A stretch of DNA of 57,625 nucleotides, filler included, from Candidatus Eiseniibacteriota bacterium (GTDB lineage Bacteria; Orphanbacterota; Orphanbacteria; Orphanbacterales; Orphanbacteraceae), in assembly GCA_043809585.1 (NCBI GenBank). It is 3 parts of 3 records of this genome, joined end to end, with 100 filler letters (N's around TTAATTAATTAA, not from the genome) between each part and the next. Parts side by side here need not be neighbours in the genome. Positions count along the whole stretch, not along the records: positions 1 to 22,800 come from JBDROZ010000112.1; positions 22,901 to 41,092 come from JBDROZ010000113.1; 1 more part is not named here. One strand, 5' to 3'. A program made the translations under genes and the position numbers. Below, in pieces: positions 18,109-28,396 of the stretch. The notes under the pieces were generated by a model. The model searched no databases and was not told the DNA's origin. It saw nothing but the letters and a program-made list of their open reading frames with translations. Every line of letters begins with the position of its first letter. Positions within the stretch are counted from its first letter, which is position 1.

Positions 18109-19272
18109 ATGGCCGCCGTGATTGTAGGAGTCCCCAAGGAGACCTTTCCGGAAGAGCGGCGCGTCGCTCTCAACCCGCCCGGGGTCGCCACCCTCGTCAA
18201 GCAGGGGCTCGAGGTGGTGATCGAGAGAGGGGCCGGGGAAGGAGCGGGGTTTGCCGACACCGCTTTCGTGGAGAAGGGGGCGCGCATCGTGAACGACCGC
18301 GCCGCCCTCTTCGCGGAGGCCGACATCATCTGCCAGGTGCGCGGCGCCGGGGCGAACCCCGACGAAGGCGCCGAGGACCTTTCCTTGCTCGAGGAGAAAC
18401 ACACGCTCTGCGCCATGCTCGACCCGCTCGCCGCGACGGACATGATGGGCAGGCTCGCCGAGACGAAGGCCTCCGTCTTCGCCATGGAGCTGATTCCGCG
18501 AATCACGCGGGCCCAGAGCATGGACGTCCTCTCGTCCATGGCGAGCGTCGCCGGCTACATGGCGGTTCTCATCGGGGCGACCAAGCTGCCCAAGTTCTTC
18601 CCCATGTTCATGACCGCCGCCGGCACCATCTCGGCCTCCAAAGTGTTCGTCATCGGCGCCGGCGTCGCCGGCCTCCAGGCGATCGCCACGGCGAAGCGCC
18701 TCGGCGCGATCGTGCAAGCCTTCGACGTCCGCCCCGCCGTGAAGGAGCAGGTGCAGAGCCTCGGCGGCAAGTTCGTCGAGATCGACCTCGGCACCGAAGA
18801 CGCGGAGGACGCGGGGGGCTACGCCAAGGAGCTGACGGACGAGCAGAAGCGGAAGCAGACGGAGCTGATGTCGAAGCACGTCATGGAAGCGGACGTGGTG
18901 ATCACCACCGCCGCCGTGCCCGGCAAGAAGTCGCCCGTGCTGATTCCCGAAGAGGTGGTGAGGGGCATGAAGCCCGGATCGGTCATCGTCGACATCGCCG
19001 CCGAGAAGGGGGGCAACTGCGCGCTGACCGAGGCGGGAAAAACCGTGGTGAAACACGGCGTGACCATCGTCGGTCCGATCAACCTTTCCGCGACGCTCGC
19101 GACCCACGCGAGCCAGATGTACGCCAAGAACATGGTTACGTTCCTCACGCACCTGGTGAAAGAGGGCAGGCTCGAACTCGACCTCGAGGACGAGATCACG
19201 AAGGGCACGCTCGTGGCGCACAAGGGCAGGGTGGTTCACCCCATGGTCCTCGCCGCCATCGAGAAGGGCTAG
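18109..19272 (+). CDS. pntA: NAD(P) transhydrogenase subunit alpha part 1
   Basis: GVPKE...ERRVA, RAQSMDVLSS, GAGVAGL, DIAAEKGGNC. Confidence 0.95.
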   Translation: MAAVIVGVPKETFPEERRVALNPPGVATLVKQGLEVVIERGAGEGAGFADTAFVEKGARIVNDRAALFAEADIICQVRGAGANPDEGAEDLSLLEEKHTLCAMLDPLAATDMMGRLAETKASVFAMELIPRITRAQSMDVLSSMASVAGYMAVLIGATKLPKFFPMFMTAAGTISASKVFVIGAGVAGLQAIATAKRLGAIVQAFDVRPAVKEQVQSLGGKFVEIDLGTEDAEDAGGYAKELTDEQKRKQTELMSKHVMEADVVITTAAVPGKKSPVLIPEEVVRGMKPGSVIVDIAAEKGGNCALTEAGKTVVKHGVTIVGPINLSATLATHASQMYAKNMVTFLTHLVKEGRLELDLEDEITKGTLVAHKGRVVHPMVLAAIEKG

Positions 19273-19281
19273 GGGAAGACG

Positions 19282-19572
19282 ATGGATCCCATTCTGATGC
19301 TGGTTCTTTTGCTGACGATCTTCGTTCTCGCGGTGTTCATCGGCTTCGAGATCATCACCAAGGTGCCGCCGACCCTCCACACGCCGCTGATGTCCGGCTC
19401 GAACGCCATCTCAGGCATCACCATCATCGGGGCGATCCTGTCGACGGGCACCCAGCACTCGGCGCTCACCACATGGCTCGGTTTCGCCGCCGTGGTCTTC
19501 GCCACCTTGAACGTGGTGGGCGGATTCGTCGTCACGAACCGAATGCTCCAGATGTTCCAGAAGAAGAAGTGA
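19282..19572 (+). CDS. NAD(P) transhydrogenase subunit alpha part 2
   Basis: VPPTLHTPLMSGSNAISG and NVVGGFVVTNRMLQMF. Confidence 0.95.
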   Translation: MDPILMLVLLLTIFVLAVFIGFEIITKVPPTLHTPLMSGSNAISGITIIGAILSTGTQHSALTTWLGFAAVVFATLNVVGGFVVTNRMLQMFQKKK

Positions 19573-19583
19573 GGGGCTGAAAC

Positions 19584-20972
19584 GTGCACCAGGTAGTCAC
19601 GAATCTCGCGTACCTGCTCGCTTCGGTCCTGTTCATCTTCGGACTGAAGGGGCTGACCCATCCCCGGACGGCCGTCCGCGGCAACCGCCTCGGCGCCCTC
19701 GGGATGCTGATCGCCATCGTCGTCACTTTGCTCGACAAGGGCATCGTCGACTACAAGATGATCGCCCTCGGTCTCGCCGTCGGGACCGCGGTCGGGTGGA
19801 TCCTGGCCCTCCGAATCGCCATGACCGCCATGCCCCAGATGGTGGCCCTTTTCAACGGCTTCGGCGGTATCGCCTCGGTGCTCGTCGCGGGCGCCGCTCT
19901 TCTCGAGCCCGCTCCGGAGAACGTGGCGCTCACCCAATTCACGATCGCCGTCGGCGCATCGGGGCTGATCGGCGCCATCACCTTCACGGGAAGCCTGATC
20001 GCCTTCGGCAAACTTCAAGAGATCATTTCGGGCAACGCCGTGAAGTACCCGGGCGACCAGATCGTCAAAATCCTCCTCGCTGTGATCTGCCTCGGCGTCA
20101 TCATCGCCATCGTGATCGACCCGTCGAACGTGACCGCCTACTGGATCCTCGTCGCAGCCGCCTCTCTGCTCGGCATCTTCGTGGTCATCCCGATCGGCGG
20201 CGCCGACATGCCGGTGGTGATCGCCCTCCTGAACTCGTACTCCGGCATCGCCGCCGCGGCGACCGGGTTCGTTCTCTCCAACAATGTTCTCATCATCGCG
20301 GGGTCCCTGGTCGGCGCGTCGGGGATCATCCTGACCATGATCATGTGCAGGGCGATGAACCGCTCCCTCGTCAACGTGCTCTTCGGCACATGGGTCGCCG
20401 AGGAGGCCGCCAAGGGGGCGGGCATGGAGATCTACGAGGGGAAGATCAAGAGCACCTCGGCCGAAGAGCTCGCCATGATTCTCGACGGCGTCCAGCGGGT
20501 CGTGATCGTGCCCGGCTACGGCCTCGCCGTGGCGCAGGCGCAGCACGCCGTGCGGGATCTCGCGAACATCCTGAAGGAGCGGGGCGTCGAGATCGCCTAC
20601 GCCATCCACCCCGTGGCGGGCCGGATGCCCGGCCACATGAACGTGCTTCTCGCGGAGGCGGACGTGCCCTACGAGGAGCTGCTCGAGATGGACGTCGTGA
20701 ATCCGACCTTCGCCCAGACGGATGTCGCCATCGTCCTCGGCGCGAACGACGTGGTGAACCCCGTCGCCCGGGACGACCCCAAGAGCCCGATCGCCGGCAT
20801 GCCGATCCTGGACGTCGACAAGTCCCGGACCGTGGTCATCGTGAAGCGGTCGCTCAGCCCCGGCTTCGCCGGCATTCCGAACCCGCTCTTCGCGATGGAC
20901 AACACGTTGATGTACTTCGGCGACGCGAAGAAGTGCCTCGTCGACCTGATCGCCGCGCTGAAAGAGAACTAG
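19584..20972 (+). CDS. pntB: NAD(P) transhydrogenase subunit beta
   Basis: PIGGADMPVVIALLNSYSG, PGYGLAVAQAQH, HPVAGRMPGHMNVLLAEA, GANDVVNP. Confidence 0.97.
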   Translation: MHQVVTNLAYLLASVLFIFGLKGLTHPRTAVRGNRLGALGMLIAIVVTLLDKGIVDYKMIALGLAVGTAVGWILALRIAMTAMPQMVALFNGFGGIASVLVAGAALLEPAPENVALTQFTIAVGASGLIGAITFTGSLIAFGKLQEIISGNAVKYPGDQIVKILLAVICLGVIIAIVIDPSNVTAYWILVAAASLLGIFVVIPIGGADMPVVIALLNSYSGIAAAATGFVLSNNVLIIAGSLVGASGIILTMIMCRAMNRSLVNVLFGTWVAEEAAKGAGMEIYEGKIKSTSAEELAMILDGVQRVVIVPGYGLAVAQAQHAVRDLANILKERGVEIAYAIHPVAGRMPGHMNVLLAEADVPYEELLEMDVVNPTFAQTDVAIVLGANDVVNPVARDDPKSPIAGMPILDVDKSRTVVIVKRSLSPGFAGIPNPLFAMDNTLMYFGDAKKCLVDLIAALKEN

Positions 20973-20989
20973 AATTCGTGCATGATGAC

Positions 20990-21022
20990 GCCCGGAGGGG
21001 ACGCTCCGGGGCTCTTGTTCTT
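20990..21022 (+). terminator. Possible intrinsic terminator after pntB
   Basis: CCCGGAG-N6-CTCCGGG stem followed by a pyrimidine-rich tail. Confidence 0.4.
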
Positions 21023-21098
21023 CTCGGACTCCTCCTCTGCGCCTTGGAGGGGTTGTGCTCGTGGGCAATATCCGTCCGGAGGGGGGCGGGACGGTGGT

Positions 21099-21265
21099 CC
21101 GGCTTCGGGAGGGATGGGGGCATAACCGGGGAGTTGTTGCCGTCTTCCGCAACGCTCCCTCTACGAGCCCGGAGAATGGGAGGGCTTTCTCCCGCCGCAC
21201 GACGAGCGTTCAAGTCTGCCCCACTCATCCCTCCCTCAGCCGGCTCCCCCGCCCCGCCGGTGATC
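21099..21265. repeat. Hairpin-bounded dispersed repeat, second copy at 40868-41092
   Basis: Core GGGGCATAACCGGG...CTTCCGCA...CCGGAGAA.GGGAGGG...TCTCCCGC.G.ACGACGAGCGT is shared with about 40926-41035; GGGAGGGATG/CATCCCTCCC arms. Confidence 0.7.
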
Positions 21266-21429
21266 GTGGCCGGCGGGATGCCTGTCCTGAGTAGGACCGA
21301 GGGTCCGTATCGAAGGGCTCGGGCGGCGACCGAGCCCGGGTACCCACCGGAGCCGCAGGCGGAGGTGGGTGGGCGAGGAAGCATCCGGAGCGCGGAAGCG
21401 CGGAGGATGAGGCCTACAGATCCCCCCAC

Positions 21430-21741
21430 TCACTCCGGTTCGCTGATCTTCTCCGGATCGACCACCTTCCGGACCTTCACCGGGCCGAAGACCCGGGCGC
21501 GGCAGGCGAGGCGGTAGTTCTTGTTCGGGAGGTGGTCCCGCTCGTCGATGCGGATCTTGTTCAGATTCTCCGTCCCTTCGAGCACCTCGACGAGACAGCA
21601 GCCGCACCGGGCCTCCCCCCGGCAGCGGGTCGCCACGGGGACGCCCGCCTTCCCGGCCATTTCGAAGAGGGTGTCCCCCTCCCCTCCCGGGGCGGTCACC
21701 CCGTCGGGGAGGAAGGTGGCGAAAACGGGCGCTCCGTTCAC
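21430..21741 (-). CDS. 2Fe-2S ferredoxin-like protein
   Basis: CRGEARCGCC...RLAC (Cx5Cx2C...C); GTG start with an AAGGA RBS. Confidence 0.85.
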   Translation of the reverse strand: MNGAPVFATFLPDGVTAPGGEGDTLFEMAGKAGVPVATRCRGEARCGCCLVEVLEGTENLNKIRIDERDHLPNKNYRLACRARVFGPVKVRKVVDPEKISEPE

Positions 21742-21825
21742 GGATGTCCTTTCGCGGGCGGCGGATGGGCGCAGCCGATCCCTCTCAAGATAGTCCCTTT
21801 CACGCTCCCCTCCCACCCCGTTCGT

Positions 21826-21854
21826 TTGACAGACCCCCCCGGCCGTGCTATTAC
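21826..21854 (+). promoter_or_regulatory. Putative sigma70 promoter of the SDR gene
   Basis: TTGACA-17 nt-TATTAC with TG in the extended -10 position. Confidence 0.5.
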
Positions 21855-21886
21855 CTGACCGTGTTCTTTCAGGACGGAGGTTTTTC

Positions 21887-22663
21887 ATGAACGCCCAATC
21901 CAACGCTTCCCGGGGCGGAGAACGATACGCGCTCATCACCGGAGGGTCCCGCGGGATCGGTCGGGCGGCGGCGCTCAAATTCGCCCGGAACGGGATTCAC
22001 GTGGCCTTCGCGTTCTTCTCGAACCGCGCCAAGGCGGAAGAGACGACAAGAGACATCGAGGCCTGCGGCGTCCGCGCCCTCCCCATCCGCGCCAACATGG
22101 GGAACGAGGAACACATCGACAAGATGTTCGACAGGATTCAGGAGGAGTTCGGCGCCCTCGACATCTTCGTCTCCAACGCCGCCACCGGCATCCTCCGGAA
22201 GACCATGGAGGTGTCGAACAAGGAGTGGGACCGGGTGATGCACATCAACCTGCGCGCCCTCTTCCACTGCACGAAGCGGGCGGTCCCCCTCATGGAGGGC
22301 CGGTCGAACGGCCGAATCGTCAGCCTGACGAGCATGGGGTCGACCCGGACGATCGAAAACTACGCCGCCGTCGGCTCGTCGAAGGCGGCGATCGAGTCGC
22401 TCACCCGCTACCTCGCCGTGGAGCTGAAAGAGAAGAACATCACGGTGAACGCGGTCTGCGCCGGCATCATCGACACGGACTCGCTCAAGCTCTTCCCGAA
22501 CCGGGACTCGATGCTCGAACACTGCCGTCTCCACACGCCGGGCCACAGAGTGGGGACGCCGGAGGACATCGCCGACGTGATCTGGCTCCTCTGCTCGCCC
22601 GAGGCGGAGTGGATCGTCGGTCAGACGATTATCGCCGACGGCGGGTACGCGCTCCGGAGCTAG
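21887..22663 (+). CDS. SDR oxidoreductase, FabL-like enoyl-ACP reductase
   Basis: TGGSRGIG, SNAATG, YAAVGSSKAAIESLTRYLAVEL (the Yx6K pattern of FabL-type SDRs). Confidence 0.85.
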   Translation: MNAQSNASRGGERYALITGGSRGIGRAAALKFARNGIHVAFAFFSNRAKAEETTRDIEACGVRALPIRANMGNEEHIDKMFDRIQEEFGALDIFVSNAATGILRKTMEVSNKEWDRVMHINLRALFHCTKRAVPLMEGRSNGRIVSLTSMGSTRTIENYAAVGSSKAAIESLTRYLAVELKEKNITVNAVCAGIIDTDSLKLFPNRDSMLEHCRLHTPGHRVGTPEDIADVIWLLCSPEAEWIVGQTIIADGGYALRS

Positions 22664-22800
22664 TGTTCCGAATTAGAAGTTCGTTGTCGATTTCGGCAGA
22701 TCATCGCGATTCCTGGCGAGGTGCGATGACGACGGCGTACCAATAGGTACATCGAGGAAGAGCAACGAAGCCAGGGACCGTGAGGGGCGGCGAAACTGGT
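22660..22800. mobile_element. MITE-like element starting at CTAG, truncated by the contig end
   Basis: Begins CTAGTGTTCCGAATTAGAAGTTCG on the SDR stop codon; internal GGCGTACCAATAGGTACATCGAGGA resembles the central hairpin of the 57500 element. Confidence 0.5.
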
Positions 22801-22900
22801 NNNNNNNNNNNNNNNNNNNNNNNNNNNNNNNNNNNNNNNNNNNNTTAATTAATTAANNNNNNNNNNNNNNNNNNNNNNNNNNNNNNNNNNNNNNNNNNNN
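22801..22900. other. Artificial contig linker
   Basis: N44-TTAATTAATTAA-N44 (stops in all six frames). Confidence 0.98.
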
Positions 22901-25030
22901 GGCGATCTCCGGGGGGAGCGTGATTCCCCAGGGGGAGAAGAGTCCCGCCGCAAAGGGGATCATCACCACATTGTAGACGAGGGCCCAGAAGAGGTTCTGT
23001 TTGATCTTGCGGAGCGTCGCGCGGCCGAGTTCGACGGCGACCGCCACGTCCGCGGGATCGCCGTGCACGAGGATTACGTCGCCCGTCTCCTTCGCCACGT
23101 CCGTGCCCGCCCCGATGGCGATGCCCACGTCCGCCGCGGCAAGGGCGGGAGCATCGTTGATCCCATCCCCCACCATCGCCACCGAACGTCCTTCCTCCCT
23201 GACCTTTCGAACGATTTCCACCTTCCCCTCCGGCGGGACTTCCGCGAACACCTCGCCGATGCCGATCCTCCGCGCGATCGCCCCGGCGGTCCGCGCCCGG
23301 TCTCCCGTGACCATGGCGGTCCGGATGTGATTCGCCTTGATCCTCGCGATCGCGTCCGCCACGCCCGGCTTCGGCTCGTCCCGAAGGCCGATGATCCCCC
23401 GTAACGCGCCGTCCGCGGCGAACCCGATCACGGTCTTTCCCTCGCCGGCGAGCCGCTCTCCCTCGGACAAAAAGAACGAGACATCGACGCCTCCGTCCCG
23501 AAGAAGCCCCTCCCCACCGAGCAGACAGGGAACGCCCCCCCCCATGAAGCGGACGCCCCGGCCGGCGACTTCCATGCTCTGGGTCGCCGGCGTGACGGGG
23601 ATCCCCCGGGCTTCCGCCGCCCGCACGACCGCCCGGGAAAGGGGATGCGACGAGAGGGCCGCGCCGGGCGCCGCCCCCGCGAGCAGCTCCTCCTCGGTCA
23701 CCCCCGTCGCCGGAACGAGATCGGTCACCTCCGGCTCCCCCCGGGTGAGCGTTCCGGTCTTGTCGAAGAGGACCACGCCGATGCGCGCGATCTTCTCTAG
23801 CACCGAGCCCCGCTTGAAAAGAACGCCCCGGCGTAGACCGATGCCGGAGCCGACGAGAATCGCCGTCGGCGTCGCGAGACCGAGGGCGCACGGGCAGGCG
23901 ACCACGAGGACAGCCACCGCCCGGGAGAGGGCGAAGGGGAATTCCCGCCCCACCACCGCGAACCAAACGAAAAAGGAGAGAAGGGCGACCGCCAGGACCA
24001 CGGGAACGAAGACGTTCGACACCCGGTCCGCGAACCGCTGGATGGGCGCCCGGTCGAGCTGGGCCTCCTCCACCATGCGCACCATCCGGGCGAGAAAGGT
24101 CTCTTCGCCGACCGCGACGGCCCTCACCGTGAGGCTTCCCTCGACGATCAGGGTGCCGCCGGTCACCGTTTCGCCGGCGCCGCGGTAGACCGGCACCGAC
24201 TCACCGGTCACCGTCGACTCGTCGATGGACGATCCCCCCTGGGCGATCTCCCCGTCCACGGGAACCCGGTCCCCGGCCCGGAGCCGGAAGAGATGGCCCG
24301 CCTCGATCTCCTCCACCGGCACCACGCGCTCCCCGCTCTCGTCGACACGGATCGCCGTCTCCGGCCGCGCCCGGAGGAGGGCCGTCATCGCGCTCCGGGC
24401 CTTCCCCTTCGCCCCGGCCTCGAGCATCTTGCCGAACCGGATGAAGAGGATGAGCAGCGCTCCCATGTCGAAGAAGGTCGCCGCCCCGGGAAAGGCCGAC
24501 GGCACCAGCGTGACCAGGACGCTGTAGCCCCACGCGGCCGTGATGCCGAGGGCGACCAGCACGTCCATGTTGGCGGCCCCCCCCCGGAGGGAGAAGAACG
24601 CGCCCCGGTAGAAACGGAGCCCGGCGGTGAACTGGAGGATCGTGGCGAGAACGAGGATCACCCACTCCGGCGCGGGGACCGGGGCGGTTCCTTGATGGAT
24701 CAGCACGATGGGGAGCGCGAGGACGGCGGTGAGGAGAAGGCCGGTCCGCTCCTGGTGGGGACTGCGGTCGTCCTCGTCCCCGGCGGGCACGGCCCGGTAG
24801 CCGGCCCCCTTCACCGCTTCCGTGAGCGCCCGGACATCCGCCTTCGACGCGTCGAAGCGCACCCCCGCGGCGCCGGCGGCGGCGTTCACCACGGCCGACT
24901 CTACGCCGGGCACGCTTCGAAGCGCCTTCTCCACGGTCCTCGCGCAGTTCGCGCAGGTCATCCCGTGGACGGCGAGGCGCACCCGCGTCTCCCGGTCGTC
25001 CGCTTCGACGAATCGTCCGCCGACTTCCAT
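22901..25030 (-). CDS. copA: Cu(I)-type P1B ATPase, 3' end truncated by the contig edge
   Basis: HMA motif GMTCANC, TGES, ACPCALGLATP, DKTGTLT, HPL, GDGINDAPAL, YN in the TM region. Confidence 0.92.
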
Positions 25031-25068
25031 GACGTTCCTTCGCCTTGAAGACAGTGAAGGGGGGCGGC

Positions 25069-25728
25069 TCAGTCGCCCCGATTCCTCGGATGTTCCGCCA
25101 TGTAGGCGAACACTTCGCTGAAGAACCTCATCCTCTCCGCCGGACCGAGAAGCGCGACTTCGGTGAGCACGTCCTTGTACAGGCTGAACCGCTCCTCCGG
25201 GTCGAGCTTCACGGCGAGGCTTTCCGGGGTCGGTTCGTAGGGGACCCGCGGCCGGACCCTCTCCATCAGGTGCGCCGTCGCCCCGGCCGAGAAGAACGCC
25301 CCGAAACCGGCGCCGGCGAGATCGAGAATCCGGTCCGCTTCGCACCACCACCGGATCGCGGCGGCCACCCGATCGCACTCCTCCATCGACGCTTCCTCGA
25401 ACTTCCGCGCCGTGTCAAGGATGACCGCCCGCTTTTGGGTCGGGCTGGTGTGGAGATCGAAAGAACCGATGGACCGGTACTTCCAGGGATCGCCCGAAGC
25501 CTCCCCGATGACGGAGAAGAACACTTCCTTCGTCTCCGGCAGGGAGTAGACCGCGGCGAGAAAGGCCCCCGGGTACTCCTTGGCGATCGGCTCGAGCATG
25601 GGGCGAATTTCGGCCGCGGGGCGATGCTCTTTCTCTCGGGCCTGGATATCGCCGGCGAACCCGGAGGAGGGCATGGCGCCGGGAAGAAGGAGAACGATGG
25701 AAGCGAGAACCCTCACGCGCCGGACCAT
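25069..25728 (-). CDS. Hypothetical exported protein, paralogue of 25749-26303
   Basis: GGAGGAG RBS, signal peptide; shares YSLPExxEVF and WCEAD with its neighbour. Confidence 0.75.
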   Translation of the reverse strand: MVRRVRVLASIVLLLPGAMPSSGFAGDIQAREKEHRPAAEIRPMLEPIAKEYPGAFLAAVYSLPETKEVFFSVIGEASGDPWKYRSIGSFDLHTSPTQKRAVILDTARKFEEASMEECDRVAAAIRWWCEADRILDLAGAGFGAFFSAGATAHLMERVRPRVPYEPTPESLAVKLDPEERFSLYKDVLTEVALLGPAERMRFFSEVFAYMAEHPRNRGD

Positions 25729-25748
25729 CGCCGCTCCTCCCCGCCGGT

Positions 25749-26303
25749 CTAACCCTTCGGCGCCAGCTTCTCCGACCAGTATCCGAACACCTCGTGGAAG
25801 TAGGCGAGCTGCCCCCGCTCGGAGAGCTGGGCGATCGCGTTCAATGCCTGAAGGTAGTAGGCCGACCGCTCGGCGGCGGAGAGCTTTTCCCCGAGGAGCT
25901 CCGGCTGCTTCCGCCGGCCCTCGTCGAGCGCGTCGAAGACGCCCCGGGTCGCCCGGGTCCGGTAGATGGACTCGTACTTCTTCTCGTTCGACGAGCACTT
26001 CGACATGGCGAAGCGGAAGAGGCCGTCCGCCTCGCACCACGAGTTCAGGGCGTGCATGGTCCTCCCCCGGGACTCGTCGTCGAGGCCGCGGAGGAAGTCC
26101 CCCGCCTTCTCGAGAAGCTCCTTCTTCTTCTCCCCGTCGATCTGATTCTCGAACTCCGCGGGGGGCTTGTGGCTCCACGAGTCGGCGGCCTTCTCGTCGA
26201 CCACCGACAAGAACACCTCCCGGAGCTCCGGGAGCGAGTAAATCGCCCCGTAGATCGACTCGGGGCGGCGGCGGGCCAAATCGTTCAGGCTGCGCGTTAT
26301 CAT
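25749..26303 (-). CDS. Hypothetical protein, paralogue of 25069-25728
   Basis: AGGAG RBS; shares YSLPExxEVF, WCEAD and F.EVF.Y..E. Confidence 0.78.
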   Translation of the reverse strand: MITRSLNDLARRRPESIYGAIYSLPELREVFLSVVDEKAADSWSHKPPAEFENQIDGEKKKELLEKAGDFLRGLDDESRGRTMHALNSWCEADGLFRFAMSKCSSNEKKYESIYRTRATRGVFDALDEGRRKQPELLGEKLSAAERSAYYLQALNAIAQLSERGQLAYFHEVFGYWSEKLAPKG

Positions 26304-26538
26304 GAGCCGTCTCCTGATCGAGGGAGTTTCGTCGCCCCTTTTCCGGGTGGGGCACGGACCGGTTCGCCTCTTCCGGGCGTCGGGATTATAACGCGTCGCC
26401 CCCCGATTCGACAGAAGAACACGGTTTTGCCCGCACCCTCTTTCGCCTCGACACGCATCGGGGGGATCCCTATGATTTTCTCCGTATCTGCCTTCAGGGC
26501 GAGAGGTTGGCCTGAGTCCACGGGGAGAGGACTTTCTC

Positions 26539-28278
26539 ATGGTGAGAAGGATCGGGGGCTGTCTCATCATCCCTCTGGACGGCATCCTCCTCGTCGGATC
26601 GGTCTTCGTTCTATGCGTGATCGCGTCCGGTGGAGGCGTCTATCACATAGCCGGGATTCGGATCAGCTCCTTTTCCGCTTCCAATCCGATTCACTTCCTA
26701 TTTGTTTTGGGAGCCCTCCGGTTTCTGGCCTTCCGCGGCAAGCCCTTCCTGGGGATCCCCCGACTCCGCCCCGCCGATCTGCCCGGCGCGGCCGAGAGAC
26801 TCTGCCGCGGGCTGCACGCCCGCCTGTCCGGCTTGTCCGATTCCGGAGCAACGCGCGTCGTGCTCTTGATCATCCTCCTCTCGGCCGTCATCAAGGTCCT
26901 GAACGCCTGGTTCTACTTCGGTTTCTTCGCCGGTGACGACGTGGAAGTGCACCAGATGACGTTCGCGAAGATCTTCGGATGGCATGATTGGCGGGCCTGG
27001 GATCTTCGCAGCCCTTTCTATCCATTCGTGTTTCTCTATCCGGTGCAGGCTTTCCTTCGGGCCGGCGGCGCGGAGAGTACCGCCCTCCTCGTGTTCGCGG
27101 GGCGACTCGTCGTCATCGGATTCTCTCTTCTCACCTTGTGGCTGCTCTACCATGTCGGCCGCCGCGAATTCGGAAGCGCCCCGGCGGCTATTCTCGGGGT
27201 GATCGCTCTCGCCTTGAGCAGCCTGCACACGACCCACGCCTCCAGCGAACTCCCTCGGACGGTGTCCGGGTTCTTCATTCTGCTTGTCTTCTTCTTTGTC
27301 CATCCGGATCGCCCGACCCGGCGTTGGCCCATTCTGCTCGGAAGCGCGATCGCTCTGGGAATCGGCGTCTCCATCCGATTCAGCGAAATCGTCTTCCTCG
27401 CTCCCCTCGCGATATCTCTGGCTCTGGAAAGGCGGTTCTCGAGGGCGGTCGTGGTCGGGTTCCTTGCCCTCGTCGTCGCCGCGGCGATCCTCGGCGTCTC
27501 CGACCGGCTGTATCGGGGGGACGCCCTCCATAGCGCAAGGCACATCATCCAATACACGCTGATCGAGAAGCAGTCCTCTCGCGGACATGAACCTTTCCAT
27601 GAGTATCTGCGTGACCTGGGGGCTTGGAGCAGCGTCTTCGCCGCCGTCGTCTTCTTCCTCTCCATCCGGCTGCGACGCCGGCGCCTCCTCCTCTGGGCCC
27701 TCGTGCCGGTTCTCGCTCTCTCCTTCCTTCCCCACAAGGAACCGCGCTATCTCGTCCCCATGCTCCCCTTCTTCGCGGCTCTCGTGGGAGGATCGATCTG
27801 GCGGCTCCTGTCCGACGTCTATGCCGGGGTCGGGGAAAGCCGGCTCCGAATGGGCCATAGGACCAAAGCCCTCGTCCTTGTCGCCATCGTGTCGACGGCG
27901 TCGCTCTTGGAGATCGACCGCTTCCGTTTTCGCCGGTCGGAGACGGCGGTGGAGGCCGCCCGGTGGATCTCCCGGAGCGGCCCCGTCCGCGGAGTCGCCG
28001 TCGTCCAGTTTTGGAAGGCGGGGGGCTTGCTCTATCTTTGGCGAGTTCCCGTGATCGAGGAAATCGCCCGTGAGAACCTCGGCGACCGCGAGTACATTTC
28101 CGGCGTCATGGCCCGGCCGGAGATCGAGTACTTCTTGTTGCCCCAAAAGGACATCGATCGATACGAGTACGGCCCCCTCCTCCTGGACAGCGGCTACTCG
28201 GAAATCGAATTCACTCATCGGGTGACGAACAACAACTATCGTCTGTTTCGTCGAATTCGACGCGGCGATGCCGCTTGA
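26539..28278 (+). CDS. GT-C fold membrane glycosyltransferase, Alg9/PIG-B (GT22)-like
   Basis: Many TM helices; DDVEVHQ in the first loop, WDLRSPFYP, HKEPRYLVP. Confidence 0.75.
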   Translation: MVRRIGGCLIIPLDGILLVGSVFVLCVIASGGGVYHIAGIRISSFSASNPIHFLFVLGALRFLAFRGKPFLGIPRLRPADLPGAAERLCRGLHARLSGLSDSGATRVVLLIILLSAVIKVLNAWFYFGFFAGDDVEVHQMTFAKIFGWHDWRAWDLRSPFYPFVFLYPVQAFLRAGGAESTALLVFAGRLVVIGFSLLTLWLLYHVGRREFGSAPAAILGVIALALSSLHTTHASSELPRTVSGFFILLVFFFVHPDRPTRRWPILLGSAIALGIGVSIRFSEIVFLAPLAISLALERRFSRAVVVGFLALVVAAAILGVSDRLYRGDALHSARHIIQYTLIEKQSSRGHEPFHEYLRDLGAWSSVFAAVVFFLSIRLRRRRLLLWALVPVLALSFLPHKEPRYLVPMLPFFAALVGGSIWRLLSDVYAGVGESRLRMGHRTKALVLVAIVSTASLLEIDRFRFRRSETAVEAARWISRSGPVRGVAVVQFWKAGGLLYLWRVPVIEEIARENLGDREYISGVMARPEIEYFLLPQKDIDRYEYGPLLLDSGYSEIEFTHRVTNNNYRLFRRIRRGDAA

Positions 28279-28396
28279 TACACCCCCCGTTCAATAAGCA
28301 TGTTGTTTCCATGAAGATCGGGATACAATCCTGTCTTGCCGATGTGCGGGGAAAGTAGTCGATATCGTGGAACTCCTGGCTTGCGAAAAACGGTCT

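Noticed and set aside
18109..19572. Split pntA as a pseudogene
   Set aside because: The three-subunit alpha1/alpha2/beta arrangement is a normal known form.
22845..22856. TTAATTAATTAA palindrome, also at 41137-41148
   Set aside because: Six-frame stop linker inside N runs; an artefact.
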